Source: Spizellomyces punctatus DAOM BR117 (Eukaryota). Taken from it: a stretch of DNA of 64,000 nucleotides. Shown piece after piece: positions 36,901-48,141 of this stretch. A program made the translations under genes and the position numbers. Location: NCBI GenBank assembly GCA_000182565.2, contig KQ257460.1. The stretch is one strand, 5' to 3'. How positions within the stretch are numbered: the first letter of the stretch is position 1; every line of letters starts with the position of its first letter. The notes beneath the pieces are model-generated. The model was given only the letters and a program-made list of their open reading frames with translations. It was not told where the DNA came from and ran no database searches.

Positions 36901-39570
36901 CTTCCCTTTGAGTTCGCTGAGCTCCTCCTGAAGGCTGTTGTTCAACTTTTTCAAACTTTCAATCGTCTTCGCCGAATCCGTTTTCGATGCCTCATACGCG
37001 TCTCTACGCTGCCGCAGTTCTTCATAAACGGTATTGGTTTGTTCATGCTTCCCTTTGAGTTCGCTCAGCTCTTCCTGAAGGCTACTGTTCATCTTTTTCA
37101 ACCTTTCAATCGCTTTTGCGGAATCCGTCTTCGATGCCTCATACTCGTCTCTACGCTGCCGCAGTTCGTCATAAAGGGTATGGGTTTGTTCATACTTCCC
37201 TTTGAGTTCGCTCAGCTCTTCCTGAAGGCGGTTGTTCATCTTTTTCAAACTTTCAATCGCCCTCGCCGAGTCCTTTTGCAATTTTTCATACTCGTCGCTA
37301 CGTTGCCGCAGTTCTTCTTCATAAAGCGTGACGTTTTTTTCATACTCCTTTTTGAGTTTGCTCAGATCGTCCTGCAGGCTATTGTTCAGCTTCTTCAACT
37401 TTTCATTCGCCTTCGCCGAGTCCGTTTTCGATGCCTCATACTGGTCTCCACGTTGCCGCAGTTCTTCATAAAGCATATTGCTTTTCTCATACTTTTTTCT
37501 GAGTTCGCTCAGTTCCTTCTGAAGGCTATTGTTCATTTTTTTCAACTCTTCATTCGCCTTTGAGGAGTCCTTTTGCAGTTTTTCATACTCGTCGCTACGT
37601 TGCCGCAGTTCTTCTTCATAAAGCGTGACGTTTTTTTCATACTCCTTTCTGAGTTCGTTCAGGTCGCCCTGCAAGCTATTGTTCATCTTTTTCAACTTTT
37701 CATTCGCCTTCGCCGAGTCCGTTTGCAGCTCTTCATACGCGTCTCTACACTGCCGCAGTTCCTCTTCATAAAGCGTAATGTTTTGTTCATAGTCCTTTTT
37801 GAGTTCGGTCAGGTCGTTCTGAAGGCTACTGTTTATCTTCTTCAACTCTTTATTCGCCTTCCCCGAATCCGTTTTCGATGCTTCATACTCCTTTTTGAGC
37901 TCGTTCAGCTCTTCCTGAAGGCTATTGTTGATCTTTTTCAACTCTTTATTCGCCTTCCCCGAATCCGTTTTCGATGCTTCACACTCCTTTTTGAGCTCGT
38001 TCAGCTCTTCCTGAAGGCTATTGTTCATCCTTTTCAATTCTTTATTCGCCTTCGCCGAATCCGTTTTCGATGCTTCATACTCCTTTTTGAGCTCGTTCAG
38101 CTCTTCCTGAAGGCTATTGTTCATCCTTTTCAACTCTTCATTCGCCTTCGCCGAATCCGCTTTCGATGCTTCATACTCGTCTCTGCGTTGCCGCAGTCCT
38201 TCGATGTTTTGTTCATAGTCCTTCTTGAGTTCGATCAGCTCTTCCTGAAGGCTACTGTTTATCTTTCTCAATTCCTCATTCGCCTTCACCCAGTCCGTTT
38301 TCGATTCTTCGCACTCGTCTCTATGTTGCCGCAGCTCTTCATAAAGGGTATTGTTCTTCCTTATAAGCCCTTCATTCACCGAGTCGAACTTATCGCGCTA
38401 TTAATCAGGAACTATATATTAGTAGACCATTGATATGAAAAGTCAGGCTACGGCACACCTCTCTTATCAAGGCGTGGTACATTTTTCGATACATGTATGC
38501 CTGGCGATTAGGAATAGTGGGTGTGAGGTCCATATTTTAAGTCACGGGACTTGGAATCTTACTCTGGTTTCTAGATTTGCCAGCTGCGTTGGAGTTATGT
38601 TGTAAGCGCGCTCTTCGAAAAAAATCCTCATCTTTAAATTGATATTGTCCTTGCGGAGTCTCTGCATAACCTGTAAGAACCAGAAATGTTTGTTCTTTCA
38701 CGAATTCCAGGAGAGAAGGACATTGGCATACATTACCTCACGATATTGTCTGAACCCATATTCATTAGGATCCACGGAGTAGTCGGAATCTTTCTCAATT
38801 CTCCACTCTACCCTGTCCTTCGGGTTGGGATCTTTATAGAGGTTGTACTTTTTTGGAAGATCAGGTGGAAACACATAAAAGTCGGCCTCGACCTTCTCGG
38901 ACTTTTGAGTGAAAGCAACCTGCCCGCTTGGCAGCTCCTCAGTATAGCGATGCAGCTCGTCCTTCGCATTGGGTGCAAGAACCCAGCCTTTCTCCAAAGC
39001 TTCCTTCAGTGGCTCCTCCTCTTCCAATCTTTTCACCACCCAATCATCGGCTTCGCCATCCGTTGAAGCTTCCTCACCATCCTCTTCCGGTACAATGAAC
39101 TCTATTCTCTTCTTGAAACCAAAATTCTCAGGTCGTATTGGCCGCGGCAAAGAATCCACATGATTTGATACTTTTGCAAAAACTTCTTCCTCGGGCACAT
39201 ATTCTGATACGACTGACCTAGCATCCAACCCATCCACTGTATCGTACACCGACCCCTCTGACTTCTGATCGTCGCCATTTTCCTCTTGTATATGCGGCCG
39301 TGGCACTACTTTCCTCGGTTCGACTTCCTCCACATCATGGAAAGGCATATCGCTCAGAAAGAAGTCCTCATCGTCTTCAACCTCATAGCAACCGGGAGGG
39401 GCTTCCTCATCCATAATGTTTGGACATTCAGAGAAGCCAAAGAATGGAGACCCAGGAAGGGAATCCTGTGCTTCGTCCATTGTGCCCAGCGAGATCGTCT
39501 GTTCGAACGCGTTCCCGGACGAATCCATGACAATTGACATCTTGGATGCCGTAATGGATGATGCAAGCAT
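33947..39570 (-). CDS. Giant (about 1700 aa) coiled-coil protein with a CM1-like motif, two tandem-repeat arrays and a MASC-like C-terminus (Mto1/ApsB/centrosomin-like)
   Basis: In-frame GT-AG splicing joins exon 39570-38737, exon 38670-38563 (VMQRLRKDNINLKMRIFFEER..), a 14-codon exon and the 1200-aa ORF, then four small 3' exons ending at stop 33947. Confidence 0.72.
35000..35875 (-). repeat. Coding tandem array B: 7 units of 114 nt (38 aa), two carrying an 11-aa insert
   Basis: Unit RADVELLKQKIRDLEKDxxTKExALEEAKSTIRDLQRQ. The motif tctctgtcgttgcaaatcac recurs at 35101 and 35215 (period 114). Confidence 0.93.
36300..38370 (-). repeat. Coding tandem array A: about 15 units of 96 nt (32 aa) or about 144-150 nt (48-50 aa)
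   Basis: Recurrent EASKTDSAKANExLKKxNNSLQEELxELK, with or without YEQxxTLYEELRQRRDEY. gctattgtt recurs at 37921 and 38017 (period 96). Confidence 0.93.
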
Positions 39571-39706
39571 GTCCCCGCCCGTGTCCCCAGGTATCTATTT
39601 GCTGACGGATTGTTTTTGATGCAGTGCCATGGTAGTAGGCGCATATGGATATTCAAATACATGCTTAATTATATTACATCTAAACTATAATAGGTTTTTG
39701 TTATAT

Positions 39707-40824
39707 TTACATGCGACGCTTTTCCTTCTTCATTGTTCGTCGCTTTTCCTTCTCCTTTTCCAGGCGCTGCTTTTCTTGAAGCTCCTTATTTCTTTGAACC
39801 TGCTTCTGATGCTCTGCCTGCGCTTGTAATCTCTTTGCCTGCTCCGCTTGCTTCACGATTCTGAGGCAATAACAAATGTTAAAGTCCAGATTTTTGAATG
39901 GCAACGGCGCCAACTTACTCGGCATTACGGTTCTTTGGTAGCAATACTAAAAGAGGTGCATGTTGAACAACCTATGAATGATCACGCCCATGGACAGCCA
40001 ACAGCTTACCTTCGTCGGATGAACTCTTCTTATCATCCTTCTTGCCTTTATAAATGAACTCCACCTCGCCGTCCGCTGTCTCCACCACTTCGTCTAGATC
40101 GTATCCATACTATACCCGAAGAAGCCATGCACTATCTCATTACTTGAAGCACTACCGTCAACACAAAGCGGCGTAGCATTTACCTGTGCTAATAGACGCT
40201 CCCGAGCTTGTTTCTCTTCCTTGCTCAATTGTTTTTTGGCAGGTTTGATTTCTTGCTGCGATATGGTCGCTTGAAGCGCTTCCCGCTCTTGTACTGGGTA
40301 AGTGCGTATCAGCCAAGCGTACACTACGTTCGTTTTAAGCAGTGGCCCACATACGTTTTACCGCCTCCAGTGCCTTTTGTTTCATCTCTTCTTCCTGTCG
40401 CCTTGCTTTTTCTCGCCACTCTGCATTGCGCCGCAACATCTCGTCTACAAGCTGCTCTACCGGTTGGTCCTGAAGGTATCGAAGTAAATTCTTTTTCAGT
40501 GGTTTAATGTGTACTCAAGGGCTCAGTGGTACACTTACGGTTGCCTCCGACAAAAACTCTACAATCACCTCCCGCCGTTCGCCATCCTCCATGGTCTCCT
40601 TATGCAGTATCGACGTTAGCGTCATTTAAAAGATGGTTCTCAGGTCCCTTGTCGCACCTCTGAACAGAGTTGTGTTATATATTCTGAAAACGTCTGCAAA
40701 TATAAGGCAAGTCTCAAATCGGTGTCCTTCAGTTCATTGATCTGATATACAGCTTCCTCACTTCATCGTTGATGCTGAGGTCCATAAGGCTGGCGGTAAG
40801 CCACTCATCCCACTCATTTGTCAT
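39707..40824 (-). CDS. CCDC43: CCDC43-like coiled-coil protein, multi-exon
   Basis: MTNEWDEWLTASLMDLSINDE/TFSEYITQLCSE/ETMEDGERREVIVEFLSEAT...RERLLAQ/YGY...KNRNAE...EKEKRRTMKKEKRRM*, matching the CCDC43 layout from memory. Confidence 0.78.
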
Positions 40825-40867
40825 TTCAGGGCAGCCTTAAATGTGAGCAAGGCAGATTTTGGTTAAA

Positions 40868-41687
40868 TGAAATCGACATCACCCTAATTGCAGGTCTTGG
40901 TATTTCATTTATCATTCCTGTTGTCGTGGCAACAATGAGTGTAACCTCTCCATGTCATTCTATTCTCACCACGGCCCAATCTACAACGAACAACATTGCG
41001 ATCATGGCGTATTCTTCGGTTGCGATAACAGCGACTGCTGCAGGTGTTGCAACAGTAGCCCTTCTTGTATTCGGTCCTTTGGAACAATCACATACTTTCC
41101 CCGTAACTAAACGGAAGCTTGAAACACCTCCCCCGCCACCGGTTGAGCCGGTCGCCCCTCTCAGTGCTTCCTGGAGCTTTGTCGATCAATCCACCAGCGC
41201 CCTTTTGGAGGCTGCGAACAAAGTTCGTGCACAAGATCATGCAGAACGTGTGTTTGCTGAGCTTGTTGACCCTGAGACGTACTATGAAGCAACCCGGCAA
41301 CCAGAATTTGGCGTGGAAGTTATTAGCAGAGGTTCAGGCATCACACGATTCATTCGCAAACGACGATCGAGGCAGTCTCAGGGGCCAAGAGTTGTAGTAG
41401 TGCGAAAGTTTGGTGAAGACGAGCAGCCAGGCCGGAACAAGTCATATTTTATAAAGGACGAATTCAAAGTGTTTAACACAACAGTGATCGTGAAACATGT
41501 GCTCTCGGTGGAGGATGCTACAGAGGAAGGTGCGAACCCTGCCGTGGTACTGGAAGTGGAGGTTGAGACGAGGGGCCCGTTAGCGAGTGCTTGGGTCATA
41601 GGTCGGCGGTATGCTGACAGACTCGCAGGTCTGGGCGGCGCTGTGGAAGGGCGTTGGGGTGGGAAAGATGCCTTGAGCAGAACCTAA
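40868..41687 (+). CDS. Hypothetical membrane-anchored protein, possible SRPBCC/START-like fold; start uncertain
   Basis: Uninterrupted frame with a hydrophobic segment (AITATAAGVATVALLVFG), a Pro-rich linker, then AERVFAELVDPETY and alternating beta-strand-like segments. Confidence 0.6.
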
Positions 41688-41904
41688 GGTACCCTGATGT
41701 TTGCTGCGGGCGGATGCCAATGAGAAAACCTACAGAGAACGTGCTGGAAACATTACCTCATAGTATAGTGTGGTTCAGATTTGATCTATGCATATAAATG
41801 CTATTATTCTGCGGCGTAAATTATTTATAAAGTTGGTGATAGATTGAAGGTAGCCTTAAGTACAACGCTGTATGATATTCCAGGAGTCTCCGGCCGCTTA
41901 TCAT

Positions 41905-42433
41905 CTATTCACCAGCAGCATACCAGCCGTAGTCATTTATCTTTTCATCACCAGAAGGGTCCACCTCAAACCATCTACGAATAAAAGTCCATCGTCAATA
42001 GCTTATTAGCTTTCACAAGCATCAGCAGCGGTACTTACAGGTAATCATGCCGTCCGCGCCAGTAGTATATCAAAAAGTATGGCTTACCCTCAGCTGCTCC
42101 AAGAGCGTTGGGAGATCCTCCGGCAATAACAGGACCCGGCATTCCACCAGTAATTGCACCCGGACCAGCGGCTTGAAGTGGGCCCACATTGGAAGCACCC
42201 ACCTTGGGTACGATCTCATCAGGAGGTCCCATAGCTTCCAGTACTTTAGTGGCAGGCGTTCCTTTGTTTCCCAAAGCCTTTGCAAGAGCTTCCATCGTTT
42301 TGTGCTTTTTCCCACCATAACCGTCCACGTCCTTGTCATGCTCGCCTCCATTAAAGTGTCCCTTGCGGTCACGAAGAGCTTTGAACTCAGTAGAGAGAAT
42401 GGCCAAGTCCTGGGCGGAAGTCTCTGAAGCCAT
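41905..42433 (-). CDS. Small uncharacterised protein (about 155 aa), 2 exons
   Basis: MASETSAQ..GHFNGGEHDKDVDGYGGKKHKTM..MGPPDE..LIYYWRGRHDYL, then a GT-AG intron, then WFEVDPSGDEKINDYGWYAAGE*. Confidence 0.8.
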
Positions 42434-42704
42434 TTTGGACCACGAAACTATTGGGAATTCGAGAGGGTAATAAGCGAAAGCGGGAAGCGTCAAAAGGATA
42501 ACAAGTAAGAGTCTGGTAAGGTTCGCCAGCTTTCCAGTTTTGAAGGAATGAAATAAAGTGCTTGATTCCTACACAATTGTAGATGACAAGTTGATTGCGA
42601 GGAATCAGACGCAAGTCACACTTCCAGCACTATTACGTCATCTGCACAACCAAGGGCTGTGCCACTTGCGGGGGGAGCTTCAAGTTTACTACGACGCATC
42701 GACG

Positions 42705-45700
42705 ATGATCTACCGGCATTGTCGACTCCCCGTGAGCATTCCCGTGCAGTCTTATTGAGGAAGCAAGCAAGAAAACCCAAACTGATATGTGGATTATCGC
42801 GATCAGGTGTCCATTTCATCATTATGCCGCGATCGTCGACTATTTTCGACCCGCCTAAGGGCGCCAGCAACGTCGCATGTGTATGACATTCACCCAGAAG
42901 TACGCGAAGCATTGCGGGCAAAAAGGCCGGTAGTTGCATTAGAGTCTACAATAATAAGTCATGGTGGGGCGACGGACGTTATCCTTCAAATACAGGTAGT
43001 TCCCACTCATGCCTAATTCATGAGTAGGAATGCCCTATCCGCAAAATCTAGATACTGCTTTGGCAGTGGAGAGAATTGTGCGGGAGGAAGGCTGTGTGCC
43101 TGCAACTATTGCTGTCCTTGATGGACGCATCAAAGTTGGTATGTTTCGACTTCCTGCACAGTCGCTTGGAACAGCTTCTGAATGTTTGTTTTCTTGCATG
43201 TAGGGCTCTCCAAGGATGATTTAGAAAAGCTTGCTCGAACTGGTCTCAAAGCACGAAAGACTTCTCGACGAGATTTAGCTCTAGTTGTTTCCCAGGTAAG
43301 AAGGCATATATTTGCTTATCATCGGCCTAGACGACAATTGACATTCCTATCAAGGGAGTCGTAGGAGCTACCACAGTGTCTGGTACTATGCTGATTGCGC
43401 ACCAGGCAGGAATCAAGGTGTTCGTGACTGGGGGAATTGGTGGAGTTCACCGAGGTGGCGAAGATTGTACGTTCTAGAGTTGTTCCTTTTGAAAGTCTTC
43501 ATAGTTGATCTTTAATGACCCGTCAGCGATGGATGTCAGTGCTGATCTGACCGAACTTGGAAGGACGCCGGTTGCTGTAATATGTGCCGGTGCAAAGTCG
43601 ATCTTGGATATTGAGCGAACCTTAGAGTTCCTGGTATGTCACTACGTTCGAGCTTGGTCGTCAGTGTGATTCCATAGACCAATTAAACTTGATACACCCC
43701 AGGAAACTCAAGGGGTAACGGTCGTTAGCTATGGAGATAGCGATGAGTTTCCAGCCTTTTACACTCCGAAATCCGGTTACAGGGTGAGATCAGTTGATTA
43801 GCGATTTAGTTGGATAAACGGAGGAATTAATCTCTTTGGTATAGAGCATCGCCCACCTTAAGACTCCTGACGCATGTGCGTCGCTAATTAGTGAGTAACT
43901 TGTATAACTGTGCTGGATGATGAGCCAAGATTTGAACCTGGTATCGTATCACAGAGGCGAACAATGATATTCAATTGCAAAGCGGCATGGTTATAGCTGT
44001 ACCGATCCCAAGTGAAGATGCGCCAAAGGACGCGTGGAGGATTGAAAAGGCGGTTTTGGACGCTGTCAGCGAGGCAAAGTGGGTGACATATGCTGCCGTT
44101 GTGAAAGAACATCACCCTTTGAGTCTTCAATATGTTACAGTACAAAGGGCATTAAAGGCAAAGACATAACGCCCTTTCTTCTTGATCGGGTAAAGCAGAT
44201 TACACAGGGGGAATCTTTGAAATCCAGTAAGCTTGTTACACCGACTCAGTGTTTTGGCACAGAGCACCCGTTGCTCACGCATCTGTTTATAGATATTGCC
44301 TTAGTTAAGAACAATGCCCGTATTGGCAGCCGTATAGCTGCTTCATTTGCGGCTCAGTGTAATGGGGCTATAATCAATTCGTCAGAGTCATCAGCCGCGG
44401 CTTCGCGACCTATGATAATAGGAGGCACTGTTCTCGATGTATCGGCCCGGTTTGACGATGGCCCCGAATGCAACGGGATGCCATCATTAGGAACATCGCA
44501 TCCCGGTACTTGTAAACAGTCGATGGGTGGGGTGGGCCGGAACATGGCGGAAGCATGTTATCGCACAGGCGGAGATCCATATTTTGTTAGTGCTGTCGGG
44601 GACGATGTGGCGGGAGACGGCTTGATTCAAGAGATGGCTGGCGCAGGAATGGTACGTACGCGATCATGTGTATCTGAAAGATGTCAACGTCTTAAGGCCC
44701 ATGCGCAGGATGTATCTGGGATAAAAAGGATTGTAGGTCATCAGACAGCGACTTACAATGCGTTTCTCAAATCCGACGGGGACATGCTAGTTGCGGTGGC
44801 TGACATGCGCATGCACGCAGAAATTGATGGAGAGGAGGTCCGTGTCGCCATTGAGAGATCCTGGTTTGCATGCTGAGCTTTGTGTCGGCGCTCTTAGGTC
44901 TCTACAATCATCAAGAGGAACTTACCACCCTTTGTATCAATTGACGGAAACTTGAGCCGTCGTTGCACACAACGGATTTTGGAAACTTGTGCAGAGAATA
45001 ACATTCCAGGTGCGTTGCTGCAGATGTGATAAGATGATCCAACAGAGCCCATGAGTAATAACAACCTTCAAGTTCTATTTGAACCAACATCAGAGATAAA
45101 GGCTTTCAGATTATTCAATCTCGACCACAACTTGTTGAAAGCTAGTATTAGATACGCCACCCCAAATGAAGGCGAACTCAGCGCAATGGCCTGGGGATAC
45201 CAGTCTGCTAATGATCCATGCAATGGTGAGACAACTAAGAACTTATTGCTCCTGTCTGCGATTAACGCAACTGCTCTCCAAGGCCTGCCTAACCAGGAGG
45301 ACGATGCGGCTCGTTTGCGCAGAGGCAGAGGATTGATGTGGGGGCAGAACAATCTTCAGTCAAACATTACCGTTGTCGGTAAAGTGATACCTACGATCAT
45401 TGTCAAACGCGGGCGTGAGGGTGTTTTGATTGCAAGAGATGGTTCAATATCCGCAACCCTTGCGCCGACACAAATTTATAATGATTGTATCAGCGTCACT
45501 GGCGCAGGAGACAGGTAACATACATCCTCATTGTCATATATGGTTGATTGCAAATTAATGTCTCTTTGTAGCATGGTTGGAACACTGGTGACAGGCCTGT
45601 CCCGCCATTATTCACTGAAATCGGGTGAACCTGCAGTGGAAGATCTGCGTAGGTTTGCCGGGGCTGGTATGCGCGCAGCGGAAATGTCATTAATGACCGA

Positions 45701-45746
45701 TAGAGCTGTAGCAAAAGATCTTGGTGAATGGGTATTTAAATTGTAA
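42705..45746 (+). CDS. Bifunctional pseudouridine-5'-phosphate glycosidase (PsuG/IndA) plus PfkB-family pseudouridine kinase, multi-exon
   Basis: PsuG part: [67 protein letters not shown]. PfkB part: [30 protein letters not shown]. Confidence 0.93.
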
Positions 45747-46674
45747 CTTTGAACATGATAGACAAAGTCATTACAGTTGAGTATAGCGCGGGTTGACCCT
45801 GGCTTTCACTGCGCCATATTTTCTGCGGCTGCGCCACATCACAGTACTATAAATACATCGTCGGACTTGCATCCTGCCAGGAACTCTTTGAATGAAATCA
45901 ACCCTTCCGTCTTTTGAACGGTTGCCGTCTCCTTGTTTTCCAAGCGGCTACTCTGTGGACGGAAGGGAAGAGCCATTTGCTGAAGTCCAAGAACTTGCTG
46001 CGTCGTCAGTCGTGGTTGGGTCCCGTTAACTTCACACATTTATCTATGAGGCTGTTTTGTTATCTTCAAAGTTTTTGCATAACAAATGGCCGTAGATCCG
46101 GGTTCCTGGCATGAATATATACAAGACAACCAGCAAGGCCAATTCGTGCTTGTTTTCCTCTTTCAGGCCGAAATGGGAGAGCAAATTGCGCCAAATGTTG
46201 GCTTGAGAATTACAGCAATGCCTTGTTCTTTTTTTTTTTTGGTTTGCTCGTAACTCTAGCTTAACCTTGGGGATGGGGGCAGATCCCTTCATGTAACCCT
46301 CCAAATGCCACCCAATCATGTCCAAATCTGAAATTCCATTCTTTAAAAGCATTTTGGCCAAAAAGCGCTGGCCAGCGGGATTGTGTAACGTGATCACTTG
46401 TGGTCAAATTCCGTTTATGGTCACGAGCGGCCGCCGAGCGTTGAGTTTGACCAGCTGGTGCTATCGTGAACCCAAATCGTGCCAGCCGGGTGAGACTTGC
46501 GGGGCGACTGCACAAGTACGGCAACGCATCAATTGCCTATTGTAACTACAGTTGATCGTGTCCCCGGAGATCATCGGCTTTTTTGGTGAGATTCTCAGTT
46601 TTATCAACGGCAACCCGTTCCAGTTCTGACTCTGCAAAAAGTGGCATCATCAAATTGCATCAAATTGAGCCTCA

Positions 46675-47720
46675 ATGTCAAAGTCATCACAATTCCTCCG
46701 CGAGTACAAGGTGAGGTTCAATGCCAGAGAAAGCAGTTTGTTCAAGACACTTGCAAATTCTGACGGCTGGGTCGGGGCCTAATTCATGGTGCAACATCGC
46801 GACTGACCTTCATCTCATCTCCCATGCCCATGTGACGTAAATAGCTCGTTGTGGTTGGTGGAGGTGGTGTTGGAAAGTCCGCTTTAACTATACAGTTCAT
46901 ACAATCACATTTTGTGGACGAGTAAGTCGAGCGATGGAGATGGCGTTAGGACGGCCATGAAGCCCCAGTTCTAATCGCGAGATCCCTCATTGCCCAACGT
47001 AGATATGACCCAACAATAGAGGACTCATACAGGAAGCAGTGCGTCGTGGATGAAGAAGTGGCCCTGCTGGATGTGCTGGACACCGCTGGGCAAGAGGAAT
47101 ATAGCGCGATGCGAGGTAGGTCACCTGCACAATCCTATTTCTGCGATTCGTACTCAAATGGATATATTTGTCGTTTTAGAACAGGTGAGCGACTATTATG
47201 ATGCCTCGGGTATCGAAGGCGCATCCACATCTTGAAAGAAGTGGCTAATTTGGGAATGTGTCATGCCAACAGTATATGCGAACAGGAGAAGGCTTTCTAT
47301 GCGTATACTCGATCACCTCACGTAACTCTTTTGAAGAAATATCAACCTTTTATCAGCAAATCCTTCGGGTGAAAGACAAAGATTACTATCCGATCATCAT
47401 TGTTGCCAACAAATGTGATTTGGAGAGCGAGCGTGTGGTTAGCACACAGGAGGGTCGAGATCTGGCGAGAAGCTTTGGTTGTAAATTTGTGGAAACTTCG
47501 GCAAAGCAAAAAATCAACGTTGATGAGGCGTTTTACAGTCTCGTTCGTGAGGTTAGCACATTTGGAGCTGCCACTTGTCATCACATTTATCATTCTCTGG
47601 TGCTGATACGTCAATACCCGTCAGATTCGGCGGTTTAACCGTGAGAATGATGCGAGGGGTACATCGAGGAACTCTCCATCAGGAAGGAAGAAGAAGAAGA
47701 ATAAGTGCACTATTTTGTAG
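46675..47720 (+). CDS. RAS1: Ras small GTPase, multi-exon
   Basis: [81 protein letters not shown], ending in a polybasic tail and CAAX box [10 protein letters not shown]. Confidence 0.97.
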
Positions 47721-48141
47721 ATGCCACACGGATAAGGCTCAGAGAATTGCTCCTTTTCTTGATCCGTTCGGGATTGCTCGAAGTTCTGATTGATCAATCG
47801 TGGACGACTAGAAAGAGTCAAGATTCTTGAACAAGACCGCTTCTGTACCAGCGCTGGCACGGTCGGGACAGAGGTGGATACTGAGAGAAGAGGTTGCAGT
47901 GGCAATTATGTGTGTTTTGCATGCAATTCGTGTGTTATTTTCTGTACTTGTGTACTTCATTTAGATTAAGAATTCTAGTTATTTTATGAGATGCTCGCTG
48001 TTGCAAGTGCGTAACGTAAAAGGAGGTTTGGGTCCTTTTGAATGTGCGCGACCAGCACGATATCGGGGTCGAACCATGTGTTTGGCCTGTCACGCCCATG
48101 AAGCATGTCCTGCCCAAGGGCTTTTTGGTTTTACACTTCCC

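Noticed and set aside
35000-38370. Regularly spaced repeats that superficially resemble a CRISPR array
   Set aside because: Units are contiguous, codon-multiple and protein-coding, with no unique spacers and no cas genes, and the context is eukaryotic.
34799-38433. Long plus-strand ORFs (372, 438 and 286 aa) antisense to the coiled-coil gene
   Set aside because: They are shadows of the repetitive E/K/L/Q codon usage on the minus strand. The translations are repetitive F/L/R/S text with no independent gene signals.
45839-46545. Possible small minus-strand gene with an EF-hand-like ending (EGLISFKEFLAGCKSD)
   Set aside because: No consistent spliced frame could be built, and the loop lacks the canonical Asp ligands.
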